DNA from: Ktedonobacterales bacterium
GTDB taxonomy: Bacteria; Chloroflexota; Ktedonobacteria; Ktedonobacterales; JADMIN01
Direction: 5' to 3'
Length of the DNA: 32,000 nt
Assembly: GCA_030167145.1 (NCBI GenBank)
Contig: CP126532.1
Coordinates: 210,001 to 242,000 of the forward strand
Shown: positions 24,951 through 32,000 of the stretch, in pieces
How the letters are laid out: the number at the start of each line of letters is the position of its first letter
Position numbering within the stretch: the first letter of the stretch is position 1
Notes under the pieces: model-generated
Told to the model about the DNA's origin: nothing
Seen by the model: the letters and a program-made list of their open reading frames with translations, nothing else
The model's database searches: none
Position numbers and translations under genes: made by a program

Positions 24951-25562
24951 TCACCCATCAGTAGCCGTCACCGCCACTACACGCCGCATGATCGGTCGCG
25001 TCTCCGAGCGCCGAGCGACCTCGGTAAAGCCTGCCCGCCGGAACGCCGAAGCCGTTCCTGTGAATGCCCATGCGTCCGCCATCTTCTCAGACTTCGGTTC
25101 GACGGGATAGCCCTCCACAATCCGCGCGCCGCGCTCGCCCGCGAACTCCACCGCCGCGTCCAGCAGTCGCACGGTCAGCCCGCGCCGCCGGTAGCCTCGC
25201 GCGACGTAAAAGCACGTCACCGACCACACCACCTCATCGTCAATGCGCTTCAACACCCGCGAACGCTCCAGCGCCGGATATGCCTCACGCGGCTCAATTG
25301 CGCACCACCCCACTGCCCGCCCATCCATATATGCCAGCATGCCAGGCTCCGTCCCCCGCATCACCAGCGCATGAAACGCCTCCTTATTCCCTGCCCCCTT
25401 CAGCCGCTCCCACTCGCTACGCTGCCCCCTCCACCACATACACCAGCATCCCGCGCATGCCCCACGTGGCCCGAAGAGCGCTTCCAGATCATTCCAGCGT
25501 TCGGGTGTCAGTGGTTGAAACGCCACTGTCTCGCCTGTTTCCACCATCCCTCGCTTGCTCAT
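24951..25562 (-). CDS. GNAT-family N-acetyltransferase
   Basis: 203 aa. The acetyl-CoA motif region is FYVARGYRRRGLTVRLLDAAVEFAGERGARIVEGYP, followed by FTGTASAFRRAGF. An N-terminal Cys/Trp-rich segment CAGCWCMWWR is also present. Confidence 0.85.
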   Translation of the reverse strand: MSKRGMVETGETVAFQPLTPERWNDLEALFGPRGACAGCWCMWWRGQRSEWERLKGAGNKEAFHALVMRGTEPGMLAYMDGRAVGWCAIEPREAYPALERSRVLKRIDDEVVWSVTCFYVARGYRRRGLTVRLLDAAVEFAGERGARIVEGYPVEPKSEKMADAWAFTGTASAFRRAGFTEVARRSETRPIMRRVVAVTATDG

Positions 25563-25626
25563 TACACGCTCCCATCCGGGTCAATGCCCGCAGGCAATTG
25601 AGTTCTCGCCTCCCATGTGGACCTAT

Positions 25627-25632
25627 TATAAT
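25627..25632 (+). promoter_or_regulatory. Candidate -10 box (perfect TATAAT) upstream of the ABC1 kinase gene
   Basis: TATAAT at 25627-25632 lies 68 nt before ATG 25701. Only a weak -35 is present (TTCTCG with an 18-nt spacer). Confidence 0.3.
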
Positions 25633-25700
25633 GGACTGAACATGCGTATCACAGCACGCACTTGCGGCAATAGCTCGCCGGACAGACTTTGGGAGGCCAT

Positions 25701-27677
25701 ATGGACTTCGATCCGCTTGTGCGAGTGCTCGTTTCTGTCGTCATCATCACGCTACTGGGATGGTTTGCCGGGCGACTACTTGGCATTCGCCAGTCGTGGC
25801 TACGCGCCCTGGTGGCATCGGTGATCGGACTGAGTGCTGGCGCCGTCCTCGCATTTGCCATCGCGCCGCAGAATCCTCTGCCCTATCCAGTGTTCTTTCT
25901 ATTGATTATCCTGCTCCCGTCACTGCTGACAGCGATGGGCGTTTCTGCCCTCCTGGAACTACTCGCGCGGCCTGGTCCGCTGGTGCGCGTCGAGAGCCAG
26001 TTCGCCCAACCACCACATCCCATTCGGGCCATCCGCAATTGGGCAGGACGCGAGCGTCGCTATTCACAAATTACGTGGATAGCCGCGCGGCACGGCCTGG
26101 CCGCCGCGCTTGAGCGCGGGCGGAACACCCAGACCATCGAACAGCCCGCCACAACCTCCGCGCTAGCCCACAGCCTGCGCGACGCGCTGGCGGAAGCAGG
26201 TGGGGTTTTCGTCAAATTGGGGCAGGTGCTTTCAACGCGTACTGACCTGCTCCCCAAAGACGTGACCAGTGAACTGGCAACACTCCAGGAGGATGTACCG
26301 CCTGCTCCCCAGAAGGAAATTGAATCGCTGCTCACAACCGAGCTTGACGCACCGCCAGCCACCGTCTTTGCCCGGTTCGAGACAGAACCTGTGGCCGCCG
26401 CCTCCATTGCCCAGGTCTATCGCGCCCAGTTGCCATCAGGCGAGCAAGTCGCCGTAAAAGTCCAGCGGCCCAATATCGCCAAACTGATCGAGCGCGATCT
26501 TGACATTTTGCTGAAGCTAGCGCGGATGCTTGAGTCAGGCACCTCATGGGGACGAACATACCATATAATGGATCTGGCGAACGGCTTCGCCGCCGCGCTG
26601 CGCGAGGAACTGGATTTCCGGGTAGAGGCACGCAATCTCCACACTGCAGCCATCGCCCTCGGAGTCTCCGACACTGTGCGCATCCCCGTGGTATATCCCG
26701 AACTCTCGACGAGCCGTGTGCTCGTGACAGAGTGGTTTGACGGACAAAGTATCCGCAAAGCCGGACCATTACTCGAAGAGATTGGCGCACAGCGGATCGC
26801 CCTTGCCCGCGAACTTCTCGACGCCCTGGCACGGCAGATCATGCTATCGGGCACCTTTCATGCCGACCCGCATCCCGGCAACGTGTTCGTGTTGCGCTCC
26901 GGTCAGTTGGGACTGCTCGATTTCGGCTCAGTCGGGCGGATAGACCCACTTGAGCAGGCCGCGTTGCGCGACATCCTCTTCGCCATGCAGCGGCGCGATG
27001 TCGTCGAGATGCGTATCGCGCTGCTGGCGCTCGCCGAACCAACTGACGAGATGAATAACGAACAACTCGAACGCGCCCTTGGTCGCATCTTGGCGCAATA
27101 CCTCGCGCCTGGCGCGCCGCTCCAGATGGAGATGTTTCCCAATCTCTTGCGGTTGCTTCAAACCTTCGGCCTCGCGTTTCCACCAGAGATCGGCGCGGTC
27201 TTCCGCGCGGCGGTCACACTCGAAGGCACGTTGCGTGTGCTCGCGCCCAACTTCGCCATCATGGATGAGGCGCGCACGCTCGCAACACGCTGGGTGCGCG
27301 AATCGCTCGTGCCGTCCTCGCTTGCCAAATCCGTCGGCGACGAAATCCAGGCATTGCTCCCCATCCTGCGCCGTCTGCCACGTCGCCTGGATCGCATCAC
27401 TGAAATAGCTGAACGCGGCTCACTCACCGTGAAAGTGCGGCTGTTTGCCGACACACACGACGAGGCCGTGATTACCAGCCTGTCAAGCCGCGCGATCTTG
27501 GCCTTTCTTGGCGCGGCGGTCGGAGTGATCTCCGTGCTGCTTCTCGGCACCTCCGGCGGACCTGTCTTCGCTGGCGTCATCACCCTTTTTCAGATCATGG
27601 GGTATTTAGGACTCTGCGCCAGTGTCGCACTTATCATGCGTGTCGTCATCGCTGTCCTTCGCGACCGCCAGATCTAG
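25701..27677 (+). CDS. ABC1/UbiB-family atypical protein kinase with N- and C-terminal membrane segments
   Basis: FVKLGQVLSTRTDLLP, PVAAASIAQVYRAQLPSGEQVAVKVQRPNI, FHADPHPGNVFV and LLDFGSVGRI are ABC1 kinase-like motifs. Hydrophobic N-terminal spans and C-terminal spans (ILAFLGAAVGVISVLLLG, LGLCASVALIMRVVIAVL) are present. The start is ATG 25701, after GGGAGG. Confidence 0.85.
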   Translation: MDFDPLVRVLVSVVIITLLGWFAGRLLGIRQSWLRALVASVIGLSAGAVLAFAIAPQNPLPYPVFFLLIILLPSLLTAMGVSALLELLARPGPLVRVESQFAQPPHPIRAIRNWAGRERRYSQITWIAARHGLAAALERGRNTQTIEQPATTSALAHSLRDALAEAGGVFVKLGQVLSTRTDLLPKDVTSELATLQEDVPPAPQKEIESLLTTELDAPPATVFARFETEPVAAASIAQVYRAQLPSGEQVAVKVQRPNIAKLIERDLDILLKLARMLESGTSWGRTYHIMDLANGFAAALREELDFRVEARNLHTAAIALGVSDTVRIPVVYPELSTSRVLVTEWFDGQSIRKAGPLLEEIGAQRIALARELLDALARQIMLSGTFHADPHPGNVFVLRSGQLGLLDFGSVGRIDPLEQAALRDILFAMQRRDVVEMRIALLALAEPTDEMNNEQLERALGRILAQYLAPGAPLQMEMFPNLLRLLQTFGLAFPPEIGAVFRAAVTLEGTLRVLAPNFAIMDEARTLATRWVRESLVPSSLAKSVGDEIQALLPILRRLPRRLDRITEIAERGSLTVKVRLFADTHDEAVITSLSSRAILAFLGAAVGVISVLLLGTSGGPVFAGVITLFQIMGYLGLCASVALIMRVVIAVLRDRQI

Positions 27678-27692
27678 CCTCTGCCCACTCGA

Positions 27693-28202
27693 TCACGTGT
27701 CCAGCAAACCCTCTTGCAGTCTGGTCAGCAACGTGAAGAGATAGCGCCTTTCCGATTCGTCGAGCACCGCGAAGAATTGGTCACTGAGTTCGCGGTGCAT
27801 CACATGGATTTGCTCCAGATGTTCCCGACCCTTCGCGGTCAACTCTACTAGTGTGGCCCGCCGGTCAGTTGGGTCGGGCCGCCGGGCAATCAGCCCTTCA
27901 CCTTCCAACCCATCTACGATGGTCGTGATATTGCGCGGCGTGACTCCCAGCGCCGCCGAGAGATCGCCCATCCGTGCCCGTGGCGCGTCGCCCATCGCCG
28001 CGAGCAGTCGCACCCGCGCCATAGACAACTCGTTATGCTGCTGCGCAAAGCACATATTGCCTCTGCGTTTGAACGCTAGCATCGTCTTCATCAGCATCTC
28101 CGCCAACTCAACCGATGTTGGCGTCCGCTGATCCTGACGTTGATTTGGTTCGGTAGCTGGTTGGACCTGCTGACTATGCGCATGGGTGGATACTCTTGAC
28201 AT
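27693..28202 (-). CDS. MarR-family transcriptional regulator
   Basis: LSMARVRLLAAMGDAPRARMGDLSAALGVTPRNITTIVDGLEGEGLIARRPDPTDRRATLVELTAKGRE is a canonical MarR winged helix. The start was chosen at ATG 28202. ORF-track TTG 28232 lies inside the operator palindromes. Confidence 0.85.
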   Translation of the reverse strand: MSRVSTHAHSQQVQPATEPNQRQDQRTPTSVELAEMLMKTMLAFKRRGNMCFAQQHNELSMARVRLLAAMGDAPRARMGDLSAALGVTPRNITTIVDGLEGEGLIARRPDPTDRRATLVELTAKGREHLEQIHVMHRELSDQFFAVLDESERRYLFTLLTRLQEGLLDT

Positions 28203-28216
28203 GAGGCGAAAATTCC

Positions 28217-28245
28217 TTGTATATATACACAATGTATGTATACAA
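28217..28245. promoter_or_regulatory. Twin palindromic 12-mers (probable MarR operator overlapping face-to-face promoters)
   Basis: TGTATATATACA (28218-28229) is a perfect 12-bp palindrome. TGTATGTATACA (28233-28244) is a related copy 15 bp downstream. The outer inverted repeat is TTGTATA (28217-28223) / TATACAA (28239-28245). The region reads TTGTAT-N16-TATACA on both strands. Confidence 0.5.
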
Positions 28246-28292
28246 CATGAACACCGTGTTGGTGAACAACTTCACTACTGAAAGGATACCAC

Positions 28293-29321
28293 ATGGCACG
28301 CAATGACTTCGCGATTCGCGCCCAAGGCCTGGAGAAACGCTACGGCGAAACACGCGCGCTACGCGGACTTGACCTCGCCGCCGAGGAAGGAACCGTGCTA
28401 GGTGTGCTCGGCCCCAACGGCGCTGGTAAAACCACCGCCGTCCGCATCCTTACCACCCTCATCAAGCCCGATGCTGGCCACGCCGAAGTCGCGGGCCTCG
28501 ATGTCGTGCGCCAGGGCGACGAATTACGTGCGCGCATCGGCCTCGCTGGGCAATACGCCGCTGTGGATGAATACCTCACCGGCCGCGAAAATCTCGTCAT
28601 GTTTGGCAAGCTCTATCACCTGCCAGGCTCCGTCGCGCGCCGCCGCGCCGATGAACTGCTCGAACGCTTCGACCTTACCGAAGCCGCCAGCCGCCCCGTC
28701 AAAACCTACTCCGGCGGCATGCGTCGCCGTCTCGATCTCTCCGCCAGCCTCGTCATTGCGCCGCCAGTGCTCTTCCTCGATGAACCAACCACCGGCCTCG
28801 ACCCACGCGGACGTCTCGAAATGTGGGACGTGATCGGCGGCCTCGTCGCCGACGGCACCACCGTGCTGCTCACCACGCAATACCTCGAAGAAGCCGACCA
28901 GCTTGCCAATAATATCGTCGTCATTGATCACGGGCACGTCATTGCCCAGGGCACATCCGACGAACTCAAGACCCAGGTCGGCGGCGAGCGTCTCGAAATC
29001 ACCCTCGCGCGCGGCGGCAACCTGAACACCGCTCTTGCTGCGCTGCGCCCCTATAGCGCGGGCGAACCGCAGATCGAAGCCGAGCATCGCCACATCGTCG
29101 TGCCCGTCGTCAACGGCGCGCAGCAACTTCCCGCCGTCGTGCGCGACCTCGATAGCGCAGGCATTCGCCTCGACGACCTCGCCTTGCGCCGCCCTACCCT
29201 CGATGACGTCTTCCTCACGCTCACCGGCCACGCCGCTGAAGAAAAACCCACACCCGATGAACCATCCACCGGACGTAACTCACGACAGCCCGCACGTGAA
29301 AACGAAAAGGTCACCGCATGA
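28293..29321 (+). CDS. ABC transporter ATP-binding protein (DrrA-like, ABC-2 exporter subfamily)
   Basis: Walker A is GPNGAGKTT, followed by the Q-loop, the signature YSGGMRRRL, Walker B VLFLDEPTTGLD and the H-loop TTQYLEEA. A C-terminal extension typical of DrrA-like ATPases is present. Confidence 0.9.
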   Translation: MARNDFAIRAQGLEKRYGETRALRGLDLAAEEGTVLGVLGPNGAGKTTAVRILTTLIKPDAGHAEVAGLDVVRQGDELRARIGLAGQYAAVDEYLTGRENLVMFGKLYHLPGSVARRRADELLERFDLTEAASRPVKTYSGGMRRRLDLSASLVIAPPVLFLDEPTTGLDPRGRLEMWDVIGGLVADGTTVLLTTQYLEEADQLANNIVVIDHGHVIAQGTSDELKTQVGGERLEITLARGGNLNTALAALRPYSAGEPQIEAEHRHIVVPVVNGAQQLPAVVRDLDSAGIRLDDLALRRPTLDDVFLTLTGHAAEEKPTPDEPSTGRNSRQPARENEKVTA

Positions 29322-30145
29322 ATTCCGCCGTCAACATGAAAACCTCAATCGCAGACCTGCGCCCCACCCAACATGGGCGGCTCTACTGGACCATCACCGA
29401 CGCGCTCACGCTGGCGAAGCGCCAACTCATCCAGTTTCAGCGCATCCCCGAAGAGCTGGTGTTCGCGACAATCCAGCCGATCATGTTCGTGCTGCTCTTC
29501 CGCTACGTCTTCGGCGGCGCTATCAACACCCATGGCGTCACCTACGTCAACTACCTGATGGCGGGCATCTTCGTGCAGACCGTCGCCTTTGGCTCGGTCA
29601 GCACCGGCATCGGCCTCGCCAACGACCTCCAGAAGGGGTTGATTGACCGCTTCCGCTCACTGCCCATGTCGAAATCCGCCGTGCTCATCGGCCGCACCCT
29701 CGCCGACCTCGTGCGCAACACCTTTGTAGTGATCGTCATGCTGATCGTTGGCCTGCTGGTTGGATTCCGACCCGAAGGTGGCCCGCTCGGCTGGCTCCTT
29801 GCCCTGGGCATCCTGCTGCTCTTCACCTTCGCCTTCTCGTGGATCGGAGCGACTATCGCCCTTTCGGTCCGCAGCGTCGAGGCGGCGCAGTCAGCGGGCT
29901 TCATCTGGCTCTTCCCGCTAACCTTCGCCAGCAGCGCCTTCGTGCTCGTCAGCACCATGCCAATCTGGCTGCAAGGCTTCGCTGAGCATCAGCCCGTCTC
30001 GGTGATTATCAACGCCGTGCGCGGCCTCACCCTCGGCCAGAACGTCGCCTCGGATGTCTGGCAGGCCATCGTCTGGTGCCTCGCGATCCTGGCCGTCTTC
30101 GTGCCACTCGCCGTCTGGACCTACATCCGCCGCACTGCCCGCTAG
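29318..30145 (+). CDS. ABC-2 type transporter permease (DrrB-like)
   Basis: 275 aa with six hydrophobic spans. The start overlaps the ATPase stop in ATGA (29318-29321), which indicates translational coupling. Confidence 0.85.
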   Translation: MNSAVNMKTSIADLRPTQHGRLYWTITDALTLAKRQLIQFQRIPEELVFATIQPIMFVLLFRYVFGGAINTHGVTYVNYLMAGIFVQTVAFGSVSTGIGLANDLQKGLIDRFRSLPMSKSAVLIGRTLADLVRNTFVVIVMLIVGLLVGFRPEGGPLGWLLALGILLLFTFAFSWIGATIALSVRSVEAAQSAGFIWLFPLTFASSAFVLVSTMPIWLQGFAEHQPVSVIINAVRGLTLGQNVASDVWQAIVWCLAILAVFVPLAVWTYIRRTAR

Positions 30146-30146
30146 T

Positions 30147-31001
30147 CTACTCCCCGGCCCGTCGCAGATTCATCTGTGGCGGACCATCGCATTTCAGAGG
30201 GCATGGCGATCCGGTAGCGGTCTGAGTATACTCTGAAGCAAAGCCGCAGAGAAACTCGCCCCAAAATGGGATTTCGGCATAATTGGTAGTGTTCCCAGGC
30301 GCCGTCGCGGCACGCTCCTGCATCAGGGCTTCTCTGTCCAGGCCGAGCAAGTCCGCGAACTCAAAGAGCAGGTAGCTCCGCAGATCGGCGCCATACACGA
30401 TGATGTCCGATTGCCAGACCGACAAGACAGGATTACCCGCCTGACACGGCTCAGCCAGCAGATAGCGATGGGCAAAGACTGGTATCAAGCGCGGCGCGGC
30501 GGCCACAAGTTCACGCACACGGCCTTTCTGCGCGTCAGGCGTCTCTGGCTTGGCTCCCCAACTCGCTGGCCAGCGCGCATCATGTTCCACATCAAATTCT
30601 AGCCCCTCCACCAACCACTCGAACTTTGCTCGCAATTCTTCAGTATCGGTCAGCCAGTTGTAGAATGACGGGCATTCCCATGGAACCAGATGCGACTCCT
30701 CTCCCCCTTCCACATACTCCGAATATCTCGCACCACGCATAGGGCGGTCAACCGCATGCAAGTGGCGGAGAAACAGCCGGTAATCAGCCGGAAAACGTAG
30801 TGCCCACTGACGTTCCACCTGATCTACCTCATCTTCGGAAAGCCCACTCAACCAGCGTGTACCTTGCTGCCAATCCAGGCCACCAACACGGCTAGCCACA
30901 AAGTCTTCGAAAGATCGCGGCTGATAGCTCGACCACGCCTCTTCTGTTCGAATCCGAAACCAGTCCAGAAATGCTTCACCAAATCGCTCAGGAATCTTCA
31001 T
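30147..31001 (-). CDS. SMI1/KNR4 (SUKH-1)-like protein
   Basis: 284 aa. LSEDEVDQVERQWALRFPADYRLFLRHLHA matches the diagnostic N-terminal SMI1_KNR4 pattern (repeat-unit: ...E..lg..lP.dY..fL...). The tail reads VWQSDIIVYGADLRSYLLFEF. GGGGAG lies 7 nt upstream of the ATG. The start overlaps the upstream gene by 14 nt. Confidence 0.55.
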   Translation of the reverse strand: MKIPERFGEAFLDWFRIRTEEAWSSYQPRSFEDFVASRVGGLDWQQGTRWLSGLSEDEVDQVERQWALRFPADYRLFLRHLHAVDRPMRGARYSEYVEGGEESHLVPWECPSFYNWLTDTEELRAKFEWLVEGLEFDVEHDARWPASWGAKPETPDAQKGRVRELVAAAPRLIPVFAHRYLLAEPCQAGNPVLSVWQSDIIVYGADLRSYLLFEFADLLGLDREALMQERAATAPGNTTNYAEIPFWGEFLCGFASEYTQTATGSPCPLKCDGPPQMNLRRAGE

Positions 31002-31776
31002 GCATGTACTCCCCTACATCTACCCGCCGTACCCGCACATACTCCACACCACCTGCCTGCTCGCGCCGCCCCTCCATCGCAAACGCGAAGCGGTCCACCG
31101 CCAGCACCGCAGGCTCATCCTCCGCCGGGAAATCCGCATCTCCCGCGAAGATACCAAACCGCCCCCGCGCGCGCAGCCTCGTCAATCCGCGTTCCAGCAT
31201 CCCCATTGCATCGGACCGCCCCAGCAGCAGCGCCTCCACGTAGTCCGCGCACACATCGTCCTCGGTTGGCTCATCCGGCCAGCCGGGATCATCTTGCGAA
31301 CAAGTGGGAAACAGCGTGACATTGCCATCCCCCGCCAGCGCCAGCTTCCGCGCATAATCCGCCGTCGCCCGCGCATTCACCAGCGCACACGGCAGCACAT
31401 GCGTCGCATTCGCCGCGCCCACCGCCCCGCGTGTGCCCGCGCCCGTCCGCTGGATCAGCATCCGCCCGCGCACATCCGCCAGAGCCATTTGCGACGGCGA
31501 ATTATTGAAATCGAAGCCAGGAATCAGTCCTCCCCGCATTTCGCCGGCCAGCAGCGCCTCTGGCTCGCGTTCGCGCAGCGCCCGCGCATCCTCCACCTCG
31601 CGCACCAGCCACAACTCTCGCGCACCCTCACCGAACGTATACGCCGCCACGCTGAACGCGCGAATCACATCAATAACCACTACCACACCCCATGCCTCTT
31701 CCGCGCAATGCTGAAATGCCCGCCGAATCTCCACATCCTGCCCCTTTCCTACTCCCACGTATACCCTACGCCCCAT
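30988..31776 (-). CDS. 2-phosphosulfolactate phosphatase (ComB)-family protein
   Basis: VVVIDVIRAFSVAAYTFGEGARELWLV, GFDFNNSPSQM and IQRTGAGTRGAV match ComB-family motifs. The start was chosen at ATG 31776; TTG 31815 is an alternative. Confidence 0.7.
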   Translation of the reverse strand: MGRRVYVGVGKGQDVEIRRAFQHCAEEAWGVVVVIDVIRAFSVAAYTFGEGARELWLVREVEDARALREREPEALLAGEMRGGLIPGFDFNNSPSQMALADVRGRMLIQRTGAGTRGAVGAANATHVLPCALVNARATADYARKLALAGDGNVTLFPTCSQDDPGWPDEPTEDDVCADYVEALLLGRSDAMGMLERGLTRLRARGRFGIFAGDADFPAEDEPAVLAVDRFAFAMEGRREQAGGVEYVRVRRVDVGEYMHEDS

Positions 31777-31945
31777 CTTGCCCTGGCATATATTACCGCA
31801 CCATCGCCACAGCAACCGTGGTCATCCACCGGCAACAGCGCGCACTCTGGAACCGTTCACCTTGGATTACCGCCTCGGATCGGCATAAACAGAATAGACC
31901 TGCACGAAATGGACAAGTTGAATGAGAGAACCACTTGGAGGTTGC

Positions 31946-32000
31946 ATGAGCGCAGTTCTTCTACGCCGAACCAATGAGGAAACGACAATGAACTCCCGCG
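31946..32000 (+). CDS. Possible 5' end of an unidentified CDS running off the window
   Basis: ATG at 31946 is preceded by GGAGG with a 5-nt spacer. The frame stays open to the window end (MSAVLLRRTNEETTMNSR...). It is too short to identify. Confidence 0.3.
   Translation, partial: MSAVLLRRTNEETTMNSR

Noticed and set aside
1-32000. A scan by eye for CRISPR arrays, tandem repeats longer than 20 bp, IS elements or terminal inverted repeats, rRNA, tmRNA, RNase P, SRP RNA and known riboswitch cores.
   Set aside because: I recognised none. The only RNA gene I can fold is tRNA-Gly. A by-eye scan can miss degenerate or short elements, so Rfam/ISfinder/CRISPR-detection runs are still advisable.

Overview
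The window is 32 kb of a GC-rich bacterial chromosome. I estimate about 60% G+C from hand counts of sampled lines, not from a computation. The taxon cannot be determined without a database search. Gene density is high. I support 25 protein-coding genes (two cut by the window edges) and one tRNA.

Gene content in order:
- a 5'-truncated CrtI-like FAD oxidoreductase
- a large SARP/BTAD-ATPase-TPR regulator, divergent from a stand-alone CheY-like receiver
- a yebC-ruvC-ruvA operon with no ruvB
- a secreted SH3b plus glycosidase-like protein
- smc
- tRNA-Gly(UCC)
- a zinc-ribbon polytopic membrane protein
- a Dna2-like Fe-S nuclease/SF1B helicase
- a PIG-V-like membrane glycosyltransferase
- a tandem HD-GYP-like/LuxR regulator
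- a SnoaL-like ester cyclase
- a PIG-L/LmbE deacetylase carrying an inserted cNMP-binding-like beta-roll
- rarA and a PaaI thioesterase
- a GNAT acetyltransferase
- an ABC1/UbiB-type kinase
- a MarR regulator with a DrrAB-like ABC-2 exporter
- a ComB-like phosphatase translationally overlapped with a SMI1/KNR4 (SUKH) protein

I found no rRNA, CRISPR array, transposase, integrase, reverse transcriptase or terminal inverted repeats.

I cannot support a clear multi-gene novel system such as a defence island. The best leads are unusual single-gene architectures and structured non-coding regions:
1. the LmbE deacetylase interrupted by a cNMP-like domain with a degenerate phosphate-binding cassette
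2. the Dna2/Nhi-like nuclease-helicase next to a composition-shifted segment downstream of tRNA-Gly
3. a 407-bp AT-rich divergent regulatory region holding heptamer repeats, alternative stems and a perfect 10-bp inverted repeat
4. a tandem, half-degenerate HD-GYP-LuxR regulator
5. a ComB-like/SUKH overlapping gene pair

All functional calls come from motif recognition by eye on the supplied translations. None was verified by a search.
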